A stretch of 64,000 nt of DNA from Nemertoderma westbladi (Eukaryota > Animalia > Xenacoelomorpha): positions 693-64,692 of the forward strand of contig JAUCBJ010005522.1 in NCBI GenBank assembly GCA_032718475.1, written 5' to 3'. The notes below the pieces were generated by a model. That model was not told the DNA's origin. It worked only from the letters and a program-made list of their open reading frames with translations, and searched no databases. Each line of letters begins with the position of its first letter. The stretch's first letter is position 1. Positions 57,866 to 64,000 of the stretch are shown one piece after another. A program made the translations under genes and the position numbers.

Positions 57866-58730
57866 CTACTACAGTTAGGCCTACAACAGTACTTTACCCA
57901 TAGTACTGCAGTAGGCCATGTTTTCCCTACTGCGGTTTACTGGTTCCCCGGCTTTAGATCCTAGCTGCCTCCCTGCAAACATGGTACGTTAAATTTACGT
58001 TAATATAGGTGTGGATTAAGTTGGAAAATCACATGAATAAATAACATATTGTTCAACGTTTGATTAACGTTCCACTATGCTAGAAAATTACATGTTTAAA
58101 ATAAACCAATCATAGTCGTTAATTCAGCGTAAAATTCGAACGTTAATTTTCATCGATCTCTCAATGTGTGATGACGTTCGATAGCAACGTTAATTCCGAG
58201 TTTAATTATAAACGTTAATTTTCAACGTTATTTTTAAGTGAAATAACGTTCATATTGTAGTTCTACAATGTGCCAGACAGACGCCATGATACATTCCCAT
58301 GTGGATGGATATTACAGTAGACACATTGCCCAACAACACAATACCTGCCTATGGTGTTATAATATATTGCTTCTGATTGGTTGCTTACACTATATTTGTC
58401 AGTATTATTCTGACTCACACTGCCATCTCATTGTGTATTATTATATTATAGGATTTGAGTAAATTTGCATATTACAGTATAATGTTTACTGTATTCACAC
58501 TATTATTATTATTCACATTATTAGTAAATGCATCTACTTACCTAAAGAACATATATGCATGCAATACAAGTAGGTACTGAACTGTGATGGATATTATTGC
58601 ATTAACAGTTTTATTGTTTTTTTTATTTCCTTAAATTTTTGTAATACATTAATTAAATTGCTAAACCTGAACTAACTGTAATATTTCGATATTCTGTTTA
58701 TATACGATATTCTGTATATATTCTGTACAT

Positions 58731-61700
58731 ATGGCTTATTGTGCTGTCATCTTCACGGGCCCGGATGGCGTTGAGGAAGTTGCAACAATATGTAGTGGAT
58801 GGTTGTCGGCCGATGGACTTACATCAGCATATCCCATAAACACTAAACTTGCACCCAAGGCGCTGAGGGAGTCGTTACGTGCTGGTGACACTGCAGTTGG
58901 GCAATGGGGATCTTGGCCTTGCACAAAGGTATTTTAACGGTAGTATTCTGATAATTAGATAGGATCATCGTATATGAATATCTAACAATCTAATAATTAT
59001 TAAATCAAATAATAATTATTACATTACTGTAGACTAAATTTCAATGTTAATAATATTTTTCAGATGATCTATTGGTAGCTAAGGCAATAGAGGAGCGCGT
59101 TGTCTGTGAGGGTTCGGACATTGCAAGTGCTAGCGATCAAGATGGGTATTCCATTGGTATCGCAACACGATTCAGAGGAAAGAAACGGGTTGCGGTTGGA
59201 AATGAGAGTGATACTATGGATGAAGAAACAGCTGGAATTCGACAGGACATTCAGTGCACTAGCAGCAGCAGGTAAAATTTATATCTTATTATTGTTCTCA
59301 TTACCAATAATTAGTACAGTACATTAGAATTATTATGTAATAACTATTTACATACTTTTGTGTAAAGTACAGTAGCACTTGATGATCAAAGTGATGATCC
59401 GAGTGGCTTTGTTACACGAACGAACGTTAGTGAGTGAGTGAAAATAAAGCCACGAAGATCAGAACACTGTAAAGTACTTTGCAACAAGAATGTATGTAGT
59501 TTTATTCCAAAATTTTAACATTACGAAATGATTGTATATATGTTATAAGTGATAGAAACTGCACAAATTATATTAGTTGCTGTATAAATAATTGTAAATT
59601 ACTTAACGCCGTCATGGTTACCACGTAAACAATAACACCAAATACAATACTAAATGTACAGGCCAATACAATGATGTAATGTCATCAAAAGTTGTAAAGT
59701 GCTAAATAACAACTCGCTGTTAATACTAACGGCGTTGAGTAATGTTACAATTTTGGAATAAAATAATTTTAATTTAAACTTTATATATGACACGAGCATC
59801 CGAATTTACTGTTATTGGTTACAGAAACATTCCTGCAATTCCTGAGTATCCTTATGTAACATCGCTTGCACCGCCGGTGGTGCAACAGGATCTTGAGTTT
59901 TCGCAATTACCAAGTGATGAATACTTGTAGTGTGAATCAAATTCAATACTGAATATTGGACAACTACTGTAGAACCACGTAACATCTCTCTACTTTCCAA
60001 TGAAGAACGCTCTCGGCGCGCTTTCTCCCCATCCACATTGGCCCCGCAACCTGTCCCGGTCTCATTCGATTTTTCGCAATCGTCCACTACTTTGTACCGT
60101 CCACATTCACATCCCACGGTAGTTGGCCGTCCACATCCGCAGCCCAGTGTCGACCGCCCACACTCGCAACCCATTATCATTGACCGTCAATCTCCTCAAG
60201 CCATGTTCGATCACTCATCGACTATTTCTGACCGGCCAGTTTCAAACCCAAGAATTGGAGTTTCACGTAAGTTGCAGCAGCGTAAATGGTTTATTGTACT
60301 TTTAGACTAATTGTAAAGTAAATACTGTAATAAATATTTACATACATGTCTGTAAATATGTAGCGCTTAATTTGTGTGGAACCAAGTGGTTTGTTACAAG
60401 AACGAACGAAGTGAGCGAGTGTAAAGAAGACAAAAAAATTTTATATGATATTATAATATTCTAGAATATTAAGTAAACCATGGATACCATCAGCCAGCGC
60501 TATCTTTTTTAAATGCAATATTATTATTAATTATTAATATCATGGAAATTACTTTGAAATTAAATTGCTGTAAAGTCGGTTCTAATCGGTACTGTATGCA
60601 CGGGTGTAATGTTATTTCTTGTAATCGTTAGATATGGGGGGGGGGGGGGGGGGGGGTTGCGTCCGTTGTTTAACCATTATTTTGCTATAAACTATATGCA
60701 TAGGCCTACTATTAATATCATACTATTGTACCAATTAATACTGTGTAGGGAAGATTTAAATTTTTGTTATAAATCATATTTAATAAATATGATTTAATCA
60801 TAATATTGATATCTGTTATAAATATATGATTATTTTGTATTATAGGAGCTGTTCTTCTCAACGATTTTGAAGATGGTGCGGTGGATGGCGCTATATCGGT
60901 GTTTTTTCGGCAGGCAAGCAATAGACCTGGAGGGGATAATTAGTAAGTATTACTGTAATTAAATGAAATCGTTTTATTAATTCAATGAATAATGTTGTTG
61001 AGTTGGGTCAGGGGTGGGTTAGGTTTGGTTAGGGTTCACGCTGGTTTAGGTTTCAGAATGGGGTTGGATAGGGTTGAGATGAGTTAGGATTTGGTTAGTA
61101 CTGTAGGCCTACATTATGGGGGATTGGGTTAGTACTGTAGGCCTACATTATGGGGGATTTGGTTAGTACTGTAGGCCTACATTATGGGGGATTTGGTTAG
61201 TACTGTAGGCCTACATTATGGGGGATTTGGTTAGTACTGTAGGCCTACATTATGGGGGATTTGGTTAGTACTGTAGGCCTACATTATGGGGGATTTGGTT
61301 AGTACTGTAGGCCTACATTATGGTGGATTGGGTCAGTACTGTAGGCCTACATTATGGGGGATTTGGTTAGTACTGTAGGCCTACATTATGGGGGATTTGG
61401 TTAGTACTGTAGGCCTAAATTATGGTGGATTGGGTTAGTACTGTAGGCCTACATTATGGTGGATTGGGTTAGTACTGTAGGCCTACATTATTTGGGATTT
61501 GGTTAGTATTGTAGGCCTACATTATGGGGGATTTGGTTAGTACTGTAGGCCTACATTATGTGGGATTGGGTTAGTACTGTAGGCCTACATTATGGGGGAT
61601 TTGGTTAGTACTGTAGGCCTACATTATGGGGGATTGGGTTAGTACTGTAGGCCTACATTATGGGGGATTTGGTTAATACTGTAGGCCTACATTATGGGGG

Positions 61701-63450
61701 ATTTGGTTAGTACTGTAGGGCTACATTATGGGGGATTTGGTTAGTACTGTAGGGCTACATTATGGGGGATTGGGTTAGTACTGTAGGCCTACATTATTTG
61801 GAATTTGGTTAGTACTGTAGGCCTACATTATGGGGGATTGGGTTAGTACTGTAGGCCTACATTATTTGGGATTTGGTTAGTACTGTAGGCCTACATTATG
61901 GGGGATTGGGTTAGTACTGTAGGCCTACATTATGGGGGATTTGGTTAGTACTGTAGGCCTACATTATGGGGGATTTGGTTAGTACTGTAGGCCTACATTA
62001 TGGGGGATTTGGTTAGTACTGTAGGCCTACATTATGGTGGATTGGGTCAGTACTGTAGGCCTACATTATGGGGGATTTGGTTAGTACTGTAGGCCTACAT
62101 TATGGGGGATTTGGTTAGTACTGTAGGCCTAAATTATGGTGGATTGGGTTAGTACTGTAGGCCTACATTATGGTGGATTGGGTTAGTACTGTAGGCCTAC
62201 ATTATTTGGGATTTGGTTAGTATTGTAGGCCTACATTATGGGGGATTTGGTTAGTACTGTAGGCCTACATTATGTGGGATTGGGTTAGTACTGTAGGCCT
62301 ACATTATGGGGGATTTGGTTAGTACTGTAGGCCTACATTATGGGGGATTGGGTTAGTACTGTAGGCCTACATTATGGGGGATTTGGTTAATACTGTAGGC
62401 CTACATTATGGGGGATTTGGTTAGTACTGTAGGGCTACATTATGGGGGATTTGGTTAGTACTGTAGGGCTACATTATGGGGGATTGGGTTAGTACTGTAG
62501 GCCTACATTATTTGGGATTTGGTTAGTACTGTAGGCCTACATTATGGGGGATTGGGTTAGTACTGTAGGCCTACATTATTTGGGATTTGGTTAGTACTGT
62601 AGGCCTACATTATGGGGGATTGGGTTAGTACTGTAGGCTTACATTATGGGGGATTTGGTTAGTACTGTAGGGCTACATTATGGGGGATTGGGTTAGTACT
62701 GTAGGCCTACATTATTTGGGATTTGGTTAGTACTGTAGGCCTACATTATCGGGGATTGGGTTAGTACTGTAGGCCTACATTATTTGGGATTTGGTTAGTA
62801 CTGTAGGCCTACATTATGGGGGATTGGGTTAGTACTGTAGGCCTACATTATGGGGGATTTGGTTAGTACTGTAGGCCTACATTATGGGGGATTTGGTTAG
62901 TACTGTAGGCCTACATTATGGGGGATTGGGTTAGTACTGTAGGCCTACATTATGGGGGATTTGGTTAGTACTGTAGGCCTACATTATGGGGGATTTGGTT
63001 AGTACTGTAGGCCTACATTATGGGGGATTGGGTTAGTACTGTAGGCCTACATTATGGGGGATTGGGTTAGTACTGTAGGCCTACATTATGGGGGATTTGG
63101 TTAGTACTGTAGGCCTACATTATGGGGGATTGGGTTAGTACTGTAGGCCTACATTATGGCATCCATTCTGCTATAATATTACGCTCTGAAACTGTTTATC
63201 GCCATTGCATTAAATTGCAAGTAATTAATAAATTTGCGGTGCTGAGTACATACATACAGTACTTACTTACGTTATTACATTATTATTATACAGGAATTCG
63301 TTTACAGTAAATTGGTTGATTGATTAATTATTTTGTTTTTTTAGTGTGGCACGCGGAAAACCGAAAGAACGATGCAGCAAAGACGATGCGGGATCGACAA
63401 TTAGCGATAATGAGGGCGATGGTGGTGACGATGCGGATGTGGACTTGTAA
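58731..63450 (+). pseudogene. Spliced EnSpm accessory (ORF2/DUF4806-like) gene; putative exons 58731-~58930, 59064-59271, 59825-59913, 59973-60266, 60846-60942, 63345-63450
   Basis: N-terminal Y..V.F......V..I...WL......YP...W motif and C-terminal I..FFRQASNRPGG; GT-AG junctions from exon 2 onward keep frame; the exon 1/2 junction does not. Confidence 0.55.
61087..63159. repeat. 34-bp tandem satellite F (~61 units) inside an intron
   Basis: Unit GGTTAGTACTGTAGGCCTACATTATGGGGGATT(T/G). Confidence 0.97.
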
Positions 63451-64000
63451 TTTGTTTCAGTAAGACTTATTTTTGCCAATGCGAACTATAGACTGTATCT
63501 GTGCTGTCAACTAACTATCTGATTATTTTGTAATAATTTCATTTATAATGTAAATAAATAAATGAATAAGTTTCCAGTTTCAAACATAAAGTTTCCATTC
63601 ATTTATAATTCACATAACATATTATAGGCCTATATGTTGTATTAATATGCTGATGAGATAATTATAATGTGCAATGTACAACGTAAGGTAACGTGAGATT
63701 TACCTAGTGGCCTGAAAAACTGAAAATCCCTGATTAAATAAACGTTGGAATATGGATATCTAACGTCAGTTTTGTTGATTAACTGAAGTTGGTTTAACGA
63801 TTAATATACTGCAAATTCAACGGTTAAAGATAACGTTGGAATATATATATTTGACGTAAAATTCAACGTTGTTTTTGGGGAAATTTTAACGTCACAAAAG
63901 CGGCCAAACGAACGTTCGATCTACTTTTACTAACGTCAGATTCTAGCGTTTATTTGTTATAAATTTTTCGTTTTTCAACGCCATTTGAACGTTAAATTGT

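Larger units (their letters stand above)
57971..64000 (+). mobile_element. CACTA/EnSpm-like element continuing past the window end
   Basis: CCCTGCAAAC start, AACGTT-rich subterminal arrays at 57985-58250 and 63680-64000, internal spliced ORF resembling animal EnSpm accessory proteins. Confidence 0.65.

Noticed and set aside
61000-61095. Telomeric repeat or chromosome end
   Set aside because: Only a short degenerate ggttag tract with isolated TTAGGG, internal to an intron.

Overview
AT-rich, repeat-dense animal genomic DNA. It holds only two host genes, both single-exon on the minus strand: a strongly divergent SLC6/NSS transporter (537-2714) and LIS1/PAFAH1B1 (27415-28626). The rest is layered mobile DNA. 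A full-length RTE LINE and a 5'-truncated L2/Crack-type LINE each sit in a 34-bp satellite with their own target-site duplications. A large decayed BEL/Pao LTR element (~33.3-52.35 kb) lacks protease/RT but carries an unexplained extra 3' ORF; nested in it are a very young GC-rich Gypsy element (apparently identical 185-bp LTRs, GTGAC TSD) and a TTAA-specific element. A CACTA/EnSpm-like element with a spliced accessory gene starts at 57971. There are also several MITEs, tRNA-derived SINEs and at least six tandem arrays, some traceable to transposon sequence. Best leads: coordinated rewiring of the SLC6 gate and ion-site residues, the non-env accessory ORF of the BEL element, a young Gypsy with a defective-looking RT, a single readthrough-context stop in the RTE, and TA-site palindromic footprints. 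All calls come from reading the sequence by eye; no database searches were run.
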